DNA of 64,000 nt from Tepidisphaera sp. (GCA_050916045.1 CP051526.1:640001-704000); one strand, 5' to 3'. Shown: positions 1-10,652, counted from the first letter of the stretch. The notes: generated by a model not told the origin, from the sequence alone. Numbers and translations: made by a program.

Positions 1-180
1 GAGTGCCCGAGCTTCGGCCAGACGATCTTCGAGTACGCTCCTCTCGCGCCTGGCGCGGAGGACTACAAGGTCCTCGGCACGCAGATGCTCCGCGAGTGGG
101 ACGCTCTGCGGGCCAAGCGCGGCGCCGAGCCCGCGCCCGAGGTCGTCGTGCGGGCGACCGCGCCGGCCAAGGCGCTCTGA
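1..180 (+). CDS. ParA/Soj-family protein, C-terminal fragment (5' truncated by window)
   Basis: Frame 1 reads ECPSFGQTIFEYAPLAPGAEDYKVLG...TGA(180), matching the ParA C-terminal (E)APSxGxxIxxYAPxSxGAxDY pattern. Confidence 0.75.
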   Translation, partial: ECPSFGQTIFEYAPLAPGAEDYKVLGTQMLREWDALRAKRGAEPAPEVVVRATAPAKAL

Positions 181-204
181 TCGATTCACCCAAGCGAGGA
201 AGTC

Positions 205-1650
205 ATGGCTTCACACGGACCGGGATTTCACGGCCCCAAGTGTTGGGTTCTGAGCACGCTCGTCGGAGCGGGATCGGGCTTTGTCGTTTCCAAGCTTCTC
301 CCCGGCGTGTACGTCGCGGGCACGACCAAGCCGGAGATCCCGATCTGGCTGCTCGGCCCGTTCGCGCTCCTCCTGCTCAGCGTGGCGGTGATGCCGTTCC
401 TCGCGCCCAAGTTCTGGCACCGGCACTACCCGGATGTCTCCCTGTTTCTCGGAGCGGCGGTCGCGGCGTACTTCATCGCGGCTTTCGGTGTTCAGGGATA
501 TCACGGGAGCGCGTCCTACGGCTCGTACGCGATGCTCCACTCCGGCCTTGAGTACTACTCGTTCATAGCGCTGGTGGGCGGACTTTACCTGGCGTCGGGC
601 GGGATCGTGGTGGACCTGCGCGGTCGGGGCGGTCCGCTGGTGAACACGCTGATCCTGGGGTTCGGAGCGGTGCTCGCGAACCTCGTGGGTACGACGGGGG
701 CCAGCGTTCTGCTCGTCCGGCCGTTCATGCGTCTGAACGAGGGCCGTCTCTCGCCGATGCACGTGGTCTTCTTCATCTTCATCGTGAGCAACTGCGGCGG
801 GTCGCTGACGCCGATCGGCGATCCACCGCTCTACCTTGGATACCTCAAGGGCGTGCCGTTCTTCTGGACGGTCGAGCACCTGTGGAAGGACTGGCTTTTC
901 GTCATCGGCTGCCTGCTCGCGGCGTTCGCGGTGTTTGACCGGGCGGTAGGCCGCAAGCACGCCGAGCCGGGTGTCCAGCCGCCGGCGAACCCGGCCCCGT
1001 CGGCCCGGTTCGGGTTTGGCATTCGCGGCCTGCCTGGCATCATCGGGATGCTCCTGCTGATCGGCGGCGTCTTCATCGACCCGATGCTGAAGGGGACGGC
1101 GGCCGAGGGTTGGCCGGTCGGAGCGACCTTCCAGATCATCGTGGCGCTCGCGACGTACAAGCTCTCAAGCTCGCGCAACCGTGAATCCAACGGGTTCACC
1201 TTCGAACCGATCAAGGAGGTCGCGCTCCTTTTCGCCGGGATCTTCGCGACCATGGCTCCCGCTCTCGCGTACCTCGCGACCCACGGCGCAAGCCTGGGCC
1301 TCACCTCGCCCACCGCGTTCTACTTCGGTACGGGAAGCCTGTCGGCCGTGCTCGACAACGCGCCCACCTACCTCAATTTCCTCCAGATCGCCGTCGGCGT
1401 CGAGATCAACGCCCAGTCCCTCGCGGCCTACCTCGCCCGCCCTGAGGGCGCCATCACCCTCCACGCGATTTCGACCGCCGCGGTCTTCTTCGGAGCCATG
1501 ACCTACATCGGCAACGGGCCCAACTTCATGGTCAAAGCCATCGCCGAATCCGCTGGCGTGAAGATGCCGAGCTTCTTCGGGTACCTGGGTCGGGCGATGC
1601 TCGTCCTGCTGCCCGTGCTGGTCCTTCACTGGGCGATTTTCATCCGCTGA
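205..1650 (+). CDS. Sodium:proton antiporter / citrate-transporter-like IT-superfamily membrane protein
   Basis: 481 aa with many TM segments; motifs GTTGAS, SNCGGSLTPIGDPPL, LDNAPTYL, MTYIGNGPNFMVK. Confidence 0.85.
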   Translation: MASHGPGFHGPKCWVLSTLVGAGSGFVVSKLLPGVYVAGTTKPEIPIWLLGPFALLLLSVAVMPFLAPKFWHRHYPDVSLFLGAAVAAYFIAAFGVQGYHGSASYGSYAMLHSGLEYYSFIALVGGLYLASGGIVVDLRGRGGPLVNTLILGFGAVLANLVGTTGASVLLVRPFMRLNEGRLSPMHVVFFIFIVSNCGGSLTPIGDPPLYLGYLKGVPFFWTVEHLWKDWLFVIGCLLAAFAVFDRAVGRKHAEPGVQPPANPAPSARFGFGIRGLPGIIGMLLLIGGVFIDPMLKGTAAEGWPVGATFQIIVALATYKLSSSRNRESNGFTFEPIKEVALLFAGIFATMAPALAYLATHGASLGLTSPTAFYFGTGSLSAVLDNAPTYLNFLQIAVGVEINAQSLAAYLARPEGAITLHAISTAAVFFGAMTYIGNGPNFMVKAIAESAGVKMPSFFGYLGRAMLVLLPVLVLHWAIFIR

Positions 1651-1772
1651 CCGGTGGATTCGCGGGTTTCCGCGTCGGCGAAACCGGATTGGTGGCGGTC
1701 CGGTATGCACGGGTTATGATCGGTAACGCGGGGCCGCACCGGCTCTCGCCGCTTCATTTGGAGACCTCGTCG

Positions 1773-3878
1773 ATGAAATCCATGCTGTCTGTTGCGGCTT
1801 TGCTCGCACTTTCGTCCGGGCTGTCCCCGGTTTCCCAAGCGGTGACCGGTCCGGAGGCACCCCTGCTCCCGCGTGAGGTCCTCTTCGGCAATCCCGAGCG
1901 GGCCAACCCGCAGATCAGCCACGACGGTCGGTACATCTCCTACTGCTCGGCGGTGGGGGGCGTGCTCAACATCTTCGTCGCTCCCGCCGACGACCTGACC
2001 AAAGCCAAAGCGGTCACCGCCGACAAGCTCCGCGGTATCACGAACTACTTCTGGGCGTACACCGGCAAGCACATCATCTACGTCCAGGACACCGGCGGCA
2101 ACGAGAACTTCCGCGTCTACGCGGCCGATGTCACCACCGGCGAGACCAAGCCGCTCACGACCGGCGACCCCATCACGGGTCCCGACGGCAAGCCGATCAT
2201 CCTGCCCAGCGGCCGCCCGCTCTACACCTCCGCCCGCATCGAGGGCATGTCGGAGAAGTTCCCCAACGAAATCCTGGTCGAACTTAACACCCGCGATCCG
2301 CAGTTCCACGATCTCTACAAGATCGACGTCACCACCGGCGCCGCGACGCTCGTCTTTGAGAACAAGGAATGGGCCGGCGTCACCACCGACGACGACTTCA
2401 AGGTCCGGTTCGTCAACCGGTTCACGGCCGACGGGTCGATGGAGTACCTCAAGCGGACCGACGCTGGCGCCTTCGAGCCTTTCGAGGTGATCCCGTCGAG
2501 CGATGCGCTCACGACGGGCATCGGCGGGTTCGACAAGACCGGCAAGGTCGTGTTCATGAACGACAGCCGCGGCCGCGACACCGGTGCTCTCTTCTCGATC
2601 GATCTGGCCACGGGCAAGAAGACCCTGGTCGCCGAGGATCCCCGCTGCGACGTCGGCGGCGTGATCACGCACCCCACCGAGAAGACCGTGCAGGCCGTTG
2701 CGTTCAACTACGAGCGGACGGAGTGGCGCGTCCTCGACAAGTCGATCGAAGCCGACCTCGCGTATCTCAAGACCGTCCGCGACGGCGAGGTCAACATCGT
2801 CGACCGCACGCTTGATGACAAGACCTGGCTCGTCGTCTTCACGCAGTCCGACGGCCCCGCGTACGTGTACAAGTACCAGCGCGGCGGCACGGCGGGCAAA
2901 GCCACGTTCCTCTTCAGCAACCGCCCGGCGCTCGAGAAACTCCCGCTCTCGAAGGTCAACCCGGTGGTGATCAAGAGCCGCGACGGTCTGAATCTCGTGA
3001 GCTACCTCACGCTTCCGAGCTGGCTGGACCAGGACAAGAACGCCCGTCCCGACGGCGGCGCGATCCCGATGGTGCTTTTCGTGCACGGCGGCCCGTGGGC
3101 CCGCGATTCCTACGGGTTCAGCGGGTACGGCCAGTGGCTGGCCAACCGCGGGTACGCGGTGCTCCAGGTGAACTTCCGCGGCAGCACGGGGTTCGGCAAG
3201 AACTTCGTGAACGCGGGCAACCGCGAGTGGGCCGGGAAGATGCACGACGACCTGATCGACGCGGTGAACTGGGCGGTTGACGAGAAGATCGCGAAGAAGG
3301 ACAAGGTCGCGATCATGGGCGGCAGCTACGGCGGGTACGCCACGCTGGTGGGCCTGACTTTCACGCCCGACGTCTTCGCGTGCGGCGTGGATATCGTCGG
3401 CCCCTCGAACATCAACACGCTGCTCAAGTCGATCCCGCCGGACTGGGCGCCGATGCTCGCGATGTTCCAGGAGCGGGTGGGTGACTTCAAGACCCCAGAG
3501 GGCATGAAGTTCCTCGAGTCGCGGAGCCCGCTCAACTTCATCGACAAGATCACCAAGCCGCTTCTCATCGGCCAGGGCGCCAACGACCCGCGCGTGAAGC
3601 GCACCGAAGCCGACCAGATCGTCGCCGCGATGGCCGCGAAGAAGATCCCCGTCACCTACGTCATCTTCCCGGATGAGGGCCACGGGTTTAAGCGCCCGGA
3701 GAACAACATCGCGTTCCAGGCCGTCGCCGAGGCTTTCCTCGCCCAGAACCTCGGCGGCCGCGCCGAGCCCTTCAGCGATGTCCTGACCCGCTCGACCGCC
3801 GAGATCCCGCACGGCGCCGAGTTCATCCCCGGCCTCAAGGACGCTCCCAAGCCCAAAGCCGCCGACCCCGTGAAGTAA
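1773..3878 (+). CDS. S9 family (prolyl oligopeptidase / acylaminoacyl) peptidase, secreted
   Basis: Signal peptide; VHGGPW, GGSYGG nucleophile, GANDPRV, DEGHGF triad motifs; GGAGA SD before ATG 1773. Confidence 0.93.
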   Translation: MKSMLSVAALLALSSGLSPVSQAVTGPEAPLLPREVLFGNPERANPQISHDGRYISYCSAVGGVLNIFVAPADDLTKAKAVTADKLRGITNYFWAYTGKHIIYVQDTGGNENFRVYAADVTTGETKPLTTGDPITGPDGKPIILPSGRPLYTSARIEGMSEKFPNEILVELNTRDPQFHDLYKIDVTTGAATLVFENKEWAGVTTDDDFKVRFVNRFTADGSMEYLKRTDAGAFEPFEVIPSSDALTTGIGGFDKTGKVVFMNDSRGRDTGALFSIDLATGKKTLVAEDPRCDVGGVITHPTEKTVQAVAFNYERTEWRVLDKSIEADLAYLKTVRDGEVNIVDRTLDDKTWLVVFTQSDGPAYVYKYQRGGTAGKATFLFSNRPALEKLPLSKVNPVVIKSRDGLNLVSYLTLPSWLDQDKNARPDGGAIPMVLFVHGGPWARDSYGFSGYGQWLANRGYAVLQVNFRGSTGFGKNFVNAGNREWAGKMHDDLIDAVNWAVDEKIAKKDKVAIMGGSYGGYATLVGLTFTPDVFACGVDIVGPSNINTLLKSIPPDWAPMLAMFQERVGDFKTPEGMKFLESRSPLNFIDKITKPLLIGQGANDPRVKRTEADQIVAAMAAKKIPVTYVIFPDEGHGFKRPENNIAFQAVAEAFLAQNLGGRAEPFSDVLTRSTAEIPHGAEFIPGLKDAPKPKAADPVK

Positions 3879-3919
3879 GCCCCTCGCCCGGCGAAGGGGA
3901 TCCGATCACCGTCCGAGAA

Positions 3920-3952
3920 AAGCCCGGCCCGCAAGGCCGGGCTTGTTTTTTT
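3920..3952 (+). terminator. Rho-independent terminator (possibly bidirectional)
   Basis: AAGCCCGGCC-CGCAA-GGCCGGGCTT hairpin followed by GTTTTTTT, with an A run upstream. Confidence 0.85.
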
Positions 3953-4050
3953 GCCCCCGCCGCCGGCGCGTCCCCGAACGCACGCCGCCGGGTGGTCGAT
4001 ATTCGCGGTATGCCCCGCGTCCGGGGGGGCGTGCGAGGCTCGACCATCCC

Positions 4051-4425
4051 ATGAAGATCCTGCTGATCGACGATTCCAAGCCGATGCGAGACATCCAGAA
4101 GCAGGTGCTCGCGCAGATGGGGCTCACCGACGTCCACGAAGCCTGCGACGGCAAGGAAGCGTGGGACGTCGTCGCCACGGTCAAGCCCGACCTCATCCTG
4201 ATGGACCTCAACGTGCCCGTGATGGACGGCTTGGCGTTCGTCAAAGCGTTCCGCAAAGCCAACCGGACCACGCCGGTGATCATGGTCACCAACGAAGCGT
4301 CCAAAGCCCGGGTCCTCGAAGCGATCCAGGCGGGTGTGAACAACTACGTCGTCAAGCCGTTCGCCCCCGAGACGCTGACACGGCGCGTCCGCGAGACGCT
4401 CGCCAAGCGCGGCATCGCCGCTTGA
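4051..4425 (+). CDS. Single-domain CheY-like response regulator
   Basis: MKILLIDDS, DLNVPVMDG (phospho-Asp), IMVT, YVVKPF. Confidence 0.9.
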   Translation: MKILLIDDSKPMRDIQKQVLAQMGLTDVHEACDGKEAWDVVATVKPDLILMDLNVPVMDGLAFVKAFRKANRTTPVIMVTNEASKARVLEAIQAGVNNYVVKPFAPETLTRRVRETLAKRGIAA

Positions 4426-4641
4426 GCCTCGGTCACGGTGGGGAATCCTCCAACCGCGGCGAACCGCAACCGCGGACGGTGCGAATCGGAATCGCTGGAG
4501 CCCTTCCGGGGGGAAGTGGGGCGGCGGCCGCGCGGTCGGGACCATGTCCCTGACAAAGACCGTTCGGCGTCGAGTCGCCTATGCTGATCCAACGAGCCCG
4601 TGAGCTCGATGGCGGCGGGGGCCAGACGAGTGAGCGTGCCG

Positions 4642-6186
4642 ATGAATCGACGTGGCCTGATGGTCTTGGTTTGTGTCATGGTCGCAGCGGCGGGTGAGGC
4701 CCGCTCGCTGGAAGCGGCGTGGCAACCCGGAACGGAACCCGCGCCCGCGCCGAGCCCCGCGCCTCAGCCTGAGTCGAGCCCGCCGCCGGCCCAGCCTGTT
4801 GCGCCGCCCGCAACCAATCCGCCCGCGACCCCGCCTGAGACCCCGCCTTCGACCACCCCCGGCAGCCAGCCGCCGGCTCAGCCCGCTTCGCCGGCCACCG
4901 AGCCCAAACCCGCCGAAGCCAAACCCGCCGAGCCTCAACCTGCCGAAACGGTCACTCCGCAAGCACCGCCGCATCCGGACGCGGGCTCGCCTGCTCCCAA
5001 GGTCGTGCAGCCCGTCGCCGGCGGGGACACCATCGAAGCTGTGGTCTATCTCAAGGACGGCCGTCGGCTTGCGGGCTTCCTTCATTCCCGCGACGAGAAG
5101 CAGACGATTCTCCGGATCGAGGGTGTGAATTCGCCCATCGCGGAGGAACTGATCGATCGGGTAGAGATCCTGCCGTCGGTCGAGGCGCGTTACGAGATCC
5201 TTCGCGCGGCGATCAATGACAAGGACGTCGATCGCCTGGTGCTTCTCTGCCAGTGGCTGCTCGCTCGCAAGCAGTACGACATCGCGCTGCGCGAGCTTGA
5301 GCCCATCGTCAAAGCACACCCGGAGAACCTGGAAGCAAGACGCCTCAAGACGCTTGTGGAGCAGCAGAAGCTCGTGGATCAGGCATCGGCCGAAGCCAGA
5401 GCCAGGCGCGGCGAGGTTCCCGCTGGAACGCCCGGCGGCAAGTCGAGCAAGCCGTTGTTCCCCACGCTTCTGCCCGACGACATCAACCTGATGCGGGTTT
5501 TCCAGGTGGATCTGGACAACCCTCCCAAGATCGTGATTCCGCGCGAGATGATCGACGAGATGATCCGCAAATACGCCGATCGGCCGCAGATCCCCTCGAC
5601 GCAGGAGGGCCGCGAAGCGATGTACCGCAAGCGATCCGGGCAGATCCTGCGGATCGCTTTCGAGCTCAAAGCCCGCGAGCTTTACGGGATGGCCCGGGTG
5701 CTCGAGGATCCCAAGCCGATCAAGGCTTTCCGGGAGGATGTGTGGCGTGGTTGGGTGCTGAACTCGTGCGCGACCTCGCGTTGCCACGGCGGGGAGGAAG
5801 CCGGCCGTCTCTGGCTCCTGAGTGCCAAGACGAACGCGGAAGCCACGGTCTTCACGAACCTGATGATCCTGCACCAGTTCAAGCTTGCCGACGGGACGCC
5901 CCTGATCAACTACGACAAGCCGGCGGAATCGCCGCTGCTTCAGATGGCGCTCCGGCCCGAGTCGTCCAAGCTTCCGCACCCGCGGGTGGATCAGGTCGGC
6001 AAGGGTGAGAAGTTCCGCCCGGTGTTCGCTTCCCCCGAGGAGCGGCGCTTTCAGGAAACGGTGGAGTGGATCAAGTCGATGTACGTCCCCCAGGGCCGGG
6101 AGTACCCGATCAAGTACGATCCACCGGTGCCGGCGGGGGCCAGGCCGATCGGCCCGGACTCCAAGAAGGCCGATCCGGGGCGGTGA
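4642..6186 (+). CDS. Secreted hypothetical protein with Pro-rich linker, TPR-like segment and CX4CH motif
   Basis: Signal-like N-terminus, long P/A/E/Q-rich tract, SCATSRCHGG; start codon uncertain (4600-4660). Confidence 0.65.
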   Translation: MNRRGLMVLVCVMVAAAGEARSLEAAWQPGTEPAPAPSPAPQPESSPPPAQPVAPPATNPPATPPETPPSTTPGSQPPAQPASPATEPKPAEAKPAEPQPAETVTPQAPPHPDAGSPAPKVVQPVAGGDTIEAVVYLKDGRRLAGFLHSRDEKQTILRIEGVNSPIAEELIDRVEILPSVEARYEILRAAINDKDVDRLVLLCQWLLARKQYDIALRELEPIVKAHPENLEARRLKTLVEQQKLVDQASAEARARRGEVPAGTPGGKSSKPLFPTLLPDDINLMRVFQVDLDNPPKIVIPREMIDEMIRKYADRPQIPSTQEGREAMYRKRSGQILRIAFELKARELYGMARVLEDPKPIKAFREDVWRGWVLNSCATSRCHGGEEAGRLWLLSAKTNAEATVFTNLMILHQFKLADGTPLINYDKPAESPLLQMALRPESSKLPHPRVDQVGKGEKFRPVFASPEERRFQETVEWIKSMYVPQGREYPIKYDPPVPAGARPIGPDSKKADPGR

Positions 6187-6341
6187 TCCGTGCGAAAGGG
6201 ACGCGGGACAAGCGCGGCGAGTTCTGATACGATGGGTCCCCCTGACGGGCGCAGGTCGGTTCGGGGTTTGGAAGGTTTTGAATTCGGACGACCAAAGTCC
6301 GCAGAGAACGATTGCCCCCTCGCGGGGTCGGAGCGTGAAGC

Positions 6342-8327
6342 ATGATGGCTGGAAGCAAGATCAGATCGACCCGCGGGATGACCTCTCTGTTCGCGTTGGC
6401 GGGCCTGGCCGGAGCGGCGCTCTCGGTCGCCAGCCTCGGCGGATGCCGTGAGGATCCGGCGGCTTTGCAAGCGATCAAGAAAGCCGGTCACTCGATCAAC
6501 ACGGTCGCGGGCGGGGCGGAAGCCGCCGTCTCGATCGATCGGCAGGAGACGGCGTTCAAGCAGGCGCTGAGCGAGCTCGGCGCTGCGAAGGTCGATCCTT
6601 CGAATCCTCTGGCTTCGGCGACGGGCATCCTGACCGCGGCTTCGCAGCTGGGTTCGGCGGGAACGGCATCGGAGGCGGGGCAGGCGAGCCTGAACACGCT
6701 CTCCGGCCTTCGCAGTGAGCTTCGCAGCTCGGTGCTCCAGTGGGCTTCGGTGAACGCGGTGGCGGAGTCGGCGAAGTACGACGCCGCGCCGCGTCTGGCG
6801 GAGATCGACGCTCAGCTGACCGCGGCCCGGGGCGAGCAGCAGCAGGCTCAGGAGCGTCTGGCCGCGGTCGTCCGCGAGCAGGACGCGATGATGGCCAGCG
6901 CGAAGGAGAAAGCCGATCAGGCTTCGAAGTTCGAGCAGGAGTCCGTCACGCTCCGCGAGCAGGCGAGGCGCATGTCGGCCGCGGACTCCCAGTCCGTCCT
7001 CGCCAAGGCTCTGGAAGCCAAGCGTCAGTGCGATGAGCTTCGCCTGGCGCTCGCGAAGATCGAAGCCGATGCCACGCTTCTTGAGCCCAAGAAACTCGGG
7101 CTGAACCAGCGACTCCAGGAACTTGAGATCGGGATCAAGTCCGTCGAAGGCGAGCGCGTCCGCGTGCAGAAGCGCGGCGAGGAAGCCGCGTCGGTCCAGA
7201 CCCAGGCCCGGACCCAGATCAATGCGACCGCTGGCGTCGTCGACGGCTTTGCCAAGAAGATCTCCGAAGAACGCGAAAAGGTCCTCGGCCCCGCGATCGA
7301 CGAAGTGATCGAGATCTGCAAGAAAGCCGCGTCCTCCGCGTCCTCCGCGAAGGGTCCGATGTACGCCGCCGTCGCCAAGCTTCGCCTCGGTGAGGTGCTC
7401 CTGGTCAAGGCCGGCGAAGCCCGCGAGCACGCCGCTGTCATGGCCGAGCTCGCTTCCGTCAAGCCCGCTCTCGCGTCTCAGGCTTCCTACGCCGAAGCCG
7501 CCAAGGCCGCGCTTGAAGTCGAGAAGACCGCGACCGCTGAAGCCAAGGAAGCCCTGGAAGCCGCCCGCTCGGGCTACAAGGCGCTCCGCGTCAAGGGCGA
7601 AGCCGACGAGGCCGCTCAGGCCGCTCTCATCAAGTACCTCACGCAGGTCGGCGGGCTGACTCCCGACGATGCGGAGAATCCGCCCGCCGCGGAAGGCACG
7701 CCCGCCGAGGGCGAAGGCCCCGAGAAGGGCCCGGCGACCCCCGGCGACGCCGCCGCGATGGACCCCGATGTGAAGGCTCTGCTCACCGAGCTTGGACAGG
7801 CCGTCGACGCCGTTGACGTCGACCGCGTTTCCGCCATCGCGTTCTTCGACGGAGCGACCGAAGAAGAATCGAGCGCGATGAAGCCCGTCTTCGCCGCCAC
7901 GCTCAAGCTCGACGAAGCCTGCAAGTCCAAGTTCAAGGTCTCCTTCGGCGACCACATGTCCAAGATGGCCCCCGGCGGCGGCGATGGCGAGATCCAGTCG
8001 ATGCCCGGGTCCGCCGAGCTCGCGGACGCCAAAACCGAGGTCGATGGCGACAAAGCCACGGTGACCCTCGCCAGCGGCCTCAAGATGGCCCTCAAGAAGG
8101 TTGACGGCGTCTGGAAGGTCAACCTTTCCGACGCCGACGACACCCCGCAGAAGCGGGCGCAGATCGCGGCCATGGCTTCCGGGCTCGTCCCGGCGATGGA
8201 AGAGATCACCGCCGACGTCAAAGCCGACAAGTTCGCTTCCATCGACGAGGTCGCTCAGGCGATCATGGCCAAGCTGCAAGCGATCATGACCGGCGGCGGC
8301 AAGGGTGGAGGCGGCGCCGGCGGCTGA
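6342..8327 (+). CDS. Hypothetical coiled-coil lipoprotein
   Basis: Lipobox-like SLGGC; long A/E/K/Q heptad-rich region; host-like codon usage. Confidence 0.7.
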   Translation: MMAGSKIRSTRGMTSLFALAGLAGAALSVASLGGCREDPAALQAIKKAGHSINTVAGGAEAAVSIDRQETAFKQALSELGAAKVDPSNPLASATGILTAASQLGSAGTASEAGQASLNTLSGLRSELRSSVLQWASVNAVAESAKYDAAPRLAEIDAQLTAARGEQQQAQERLAAVVREQDAMMASAKEKADQASKFEQESVTLREQARRMSAADSQSVLAKALEAKRQCDELRLALAKIEADATLLEPKKLGLNQRLQELEIGIKSVEGERVRVQKRGEEAASVQTQARTQINATAGVVDGFAKKISEEREKVLGPAIDEVIEICKKAASSASSAKGPMYAAVAKLRLGEVLLVKAGEAREHAAVMAELASVKPALASQASYAEAAKAALEVEKTATAEAKEALEAARSGYKALRVKGEADEAAQAALIKYLTQVGGLTPDDAENPPAAEGTPAEGEGPEKGPATPGDAAAMDPDVKALLTELGQAVDAVDVDRVSAIAFFDGATEEESSAMKPVFAATLKLDEACKSKFKVSFGDHMSKMAPGGGDGEIQSMPGSAELADAKTEVDGDKATVTLASGLKMALKKVDGVWKVNLSDADDTPQKRAQIAAMASGLVPAMEEITADVKADKFASIDEVAQAIMAKLQAIMTGGGKGGGGAGG

Positions 8328-8354
8328 CCGCGAAGTCCGGAGCACGCGACAGTG

Positions 8355-9335
8355 ATGGCCGATACGACCACCATCCCGGGCATTCCCGACCTCCCCGAGG
8401 TTTCGATGCACCTGCACACGCCCGCCGCACCCGCGGTGGGCGTCGTGGTCTCCAACGAACGATGTACCGCGTCCAAGAAAGCCGCGGGTTTCGTCCGGCA
8501 CGTCGTCATCGACGTTTCCTCCACGCAGATCGCGAGCCGGTTCGTCGCCGGACAATCCTTCGGCGTCATCCCCCCCGGGGTTGATGCCAAGGGCAAAGAG
8601 CACAAGGTCCGTCTCTACTCGATCGCTTCGCCCTCCTTCGGCGAGGACGGCAAGGGCTCGCACATCGCCACGACCGTCAAGCGGCTGATCGATGAGCACC
8701 ACGACACCGGCGGCCTCCACATCGGCGTCGCCAGCAACTACCTCTGCAGCCTCAAGCCGGGCGACACCGTCAAGGTCTCCGGCCCCAGCGGCAAAAGGTT
8801 CGTCCTCCCGACCAACCCCTCCGCCCACGACTACGTCTTCTTCGCGACCGGAACCGGGATCGCGCCCTTCCGCGGCATGCTCCTGGATCTCTTCCGCAAC
8901 CCCTCCCGCGCCCCAGCCCAAAGCCGCGTGACGCTTGTGATGGGCGTCCCCTACGCGACCGAACTCCTCTACGACGCCGAACTCCGCGAACTCGAAGCCA
9001 GCACGCAGGGCCGCTTCCGGTACCTCACCGCGCTCAGCCGCGAGTCGCAGGAAACCCCGCGCGGCCGCCGCACCATGTACGTGCAGGACCGCCTCACCGG
9101 GGATGAAGCCCTGCGGGCCAAGCTCGCCAGCGAGCGAACCCTCGTCTACATCTGCGGCATCGCCGGCATGGAGCTTGGGATCTTCCAGGCTCTCGCGAGC
9201 GAACTGAACGGTGATTCGAGAGAGCAGTACCTGTCGCTGGACGCGGATGCGGCGGCGAGCATCGGTTCATGGGATCGAAGGATGATCCACAAGCAGATCC
9301 GTCCGACGCGGCGGATCTTCATGGAGGTCTATTGA
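8355..9335 (+). CDS. Ferredoxin--NADP+ reductase, plant/cyanobacterial type
   Basis: GQSFGVIPPG, RLYSIAS, GVASNYLC, SGPSG, ATGTGIAPFR, MYVQDR, YICG, C-terminal EVY. Confidence 0.88.
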   Translation: MADTTTIPGIPDLPEVSMHLHTPAAPAVGVVVSNERCTASKKAAGFVRHVVIDVSSTQIASRFVAGQSFGVIPPGVDAKGKEHKVRLYSIASPSFGEDGKGSHIATTVKRLIDEHHDTGGLHIGVASNYLCSLKPGDTVKVSGPSGKRFVLPTNPSAHDYVFFATGTGIAPFRGMLLDLFRNPSRAPAQSRVTLVMGVPYATELLYDAELRELEASTQGRFRYLTALSRESQETPRGRRTMYVQDRLTGDEALRAKLASERTLVYICGIAGMELGIFQALASELNGDSREQYLSLDADAAASIGSWDRRMIHKQIRPTRRIFMEVY

Positions 9336-9503
9336 GGGTGCGGGGGCGGCGGGGGTTGACCGGGGGCGGGGGCGTTGTTAGGTTTCACCCCGCGACGCAC
9401 ATTCGTGCGGAGCGGAACGGAATTTGTTCGGGTTCTCCATCGACGAAGGTTCGGGCTCGGGACATCGGTCCCCGGCTTTGCAAGAAGGGACACGGCTTTG
9501 AAT

Positions 9504-10652
9504 ATGCGAGTGCTCAGGTCCGGTGTTTTGGCCGTGGCGTTGATGGTGGCGGCGGGCGTGACGGTGCCGAGCGTGATGGCCCAGCCCCTCGCGGCGGGCG
9601 TGATCGGCGCTGCCAACATCGGCGAAACCGAGAAGAAGACGATCGAGGATTTCGTCGCTCTGCACATCAAGGATCTGGCCAGCGGCGAGGCTGAGAAGGT
9701 TCGCAAGGGCAAGAACGCCCTCGTCAACCCTCTTCTCGAGCGCGTCGTCTCCGTTCCTTTCCGGTTGGAGTACAGCCGCGTGCTCCTGGCCGCGGATCTC
9801 GCGAACCTCTGCAAGGACAAGAACGACACGGTCGCGATCAACGCGCTTCGCCTCGCGGGCGAGGTGGCCGAGAACGGCACCGTCGCGCTGGTCGAGGAAG
9901 GGTTCAAGGACACCCGTTCGGCGATCCGGTACGCGGCGGTCTTCGCGGCCGGGCGCTCGTTCGAACAGGTCATGCCCGCCGGCCGCGCGGTCGCGGTGAC
10001 CTCGGGCAGGCTTGAGCAGCTCGTCCGGAGCACGGCCGCGGTGATGAACAAGGACAAGGAAGAGGCGCTCGTGGTGGATGGGGCTTCCCGCGCTCTGCTC
10101 GCCGCCGCCCGCGTCGATTTCGCCAAGTACGAAGGCGTCGGCAAGTCCGCGATGGTCGAGGTCGCCAAGGGGCTCAGCACCCGCCTGGCCAAAGCCGGCC
10201 CGGACGACACAACCATCGTCGAAGCCGGTCAGCGAGCGGCGACCCAGTTCACCGAGACGCTCGGCGGCGCCAAAGGCGCCCAGATCGACAAGGACGCCCG
10301 CAAGGAAGCCGCGACGCTCGGCGGCGAGCTCGCCGCCTGGGTCGTTCGCCAGCTCAACACCGCCAAGATCCCGCAGATCGCCAAGGGCGATGAAGCCGAG
10401 GAAGCGACCAAGAAGCGCAAGGAGCGCGAGCCCTTCAAGACCACGCTCGCCGCAGCCGAGAACGTTGTGCTCTCCGCTCTCAAGGCTTCGGGCGCCAACC
10501 CGCCGATGGCCCGCCTCGTGCCCGCTTTCGATCAGGGTGACCGCGGCGGCGATGCCAACGTCGTCGTGCAGACCAAGGACTGGCTGATCCGCGACGTCCT
10601 GGCCAAGGCGCCTTTCGAAGTCTCGGCCGACCGGTTCAAGCTCACCAACTAA
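9504..10652 (+). CDS. Secreted helical-repeat (HEAT-like) hypothetical protein
   Basis: Signal peptide; amphipathic helical repeats (VAINALRLAG...IRYAAVFAAG). Confidence 0.6.
   Translation: MRVLRSGVLAVALMVAAGVTVPSVMAQPLAAGVIGAANIGETEKKTIEDFVALHIKDLASGEAEKVRKGKNALVNPLLERVVSVPFRLEYSRVLLAADLANLCKDKNDTVAINALRLAGEVAENGTVALVEEGFKDTRSAIRYAAVFAAGRSFEQVMPAGRAVAVTSGRLEQLVRSTAAVMNKDKEEALVVDGASRALLAAARVDFAKYEGVGKSAMVEVAKGLSTRLAKAGPDDTTIVEAGQRAATQFTETLGGAKGAQIDKDARKEAATLGGELAAWVVRQLNTAKIPQIAKGDEAEEATKKRKEREPFKTTLAAAENVVLSALKASGANPPMARLVPAFDQGDRGGDANVVVQTKDWLIRDVLAKAPFEVSADRFKLTN

Noticed and set aside
6051..8921. Long antisense or alternative-frame ORFs (also 1626-3812, 19314-21557, 22319-24691, 36622-38949, 50234-52741)
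   Set aside because: They are shadow ORFs of real genes in high-GC DNA with biased codon usage.
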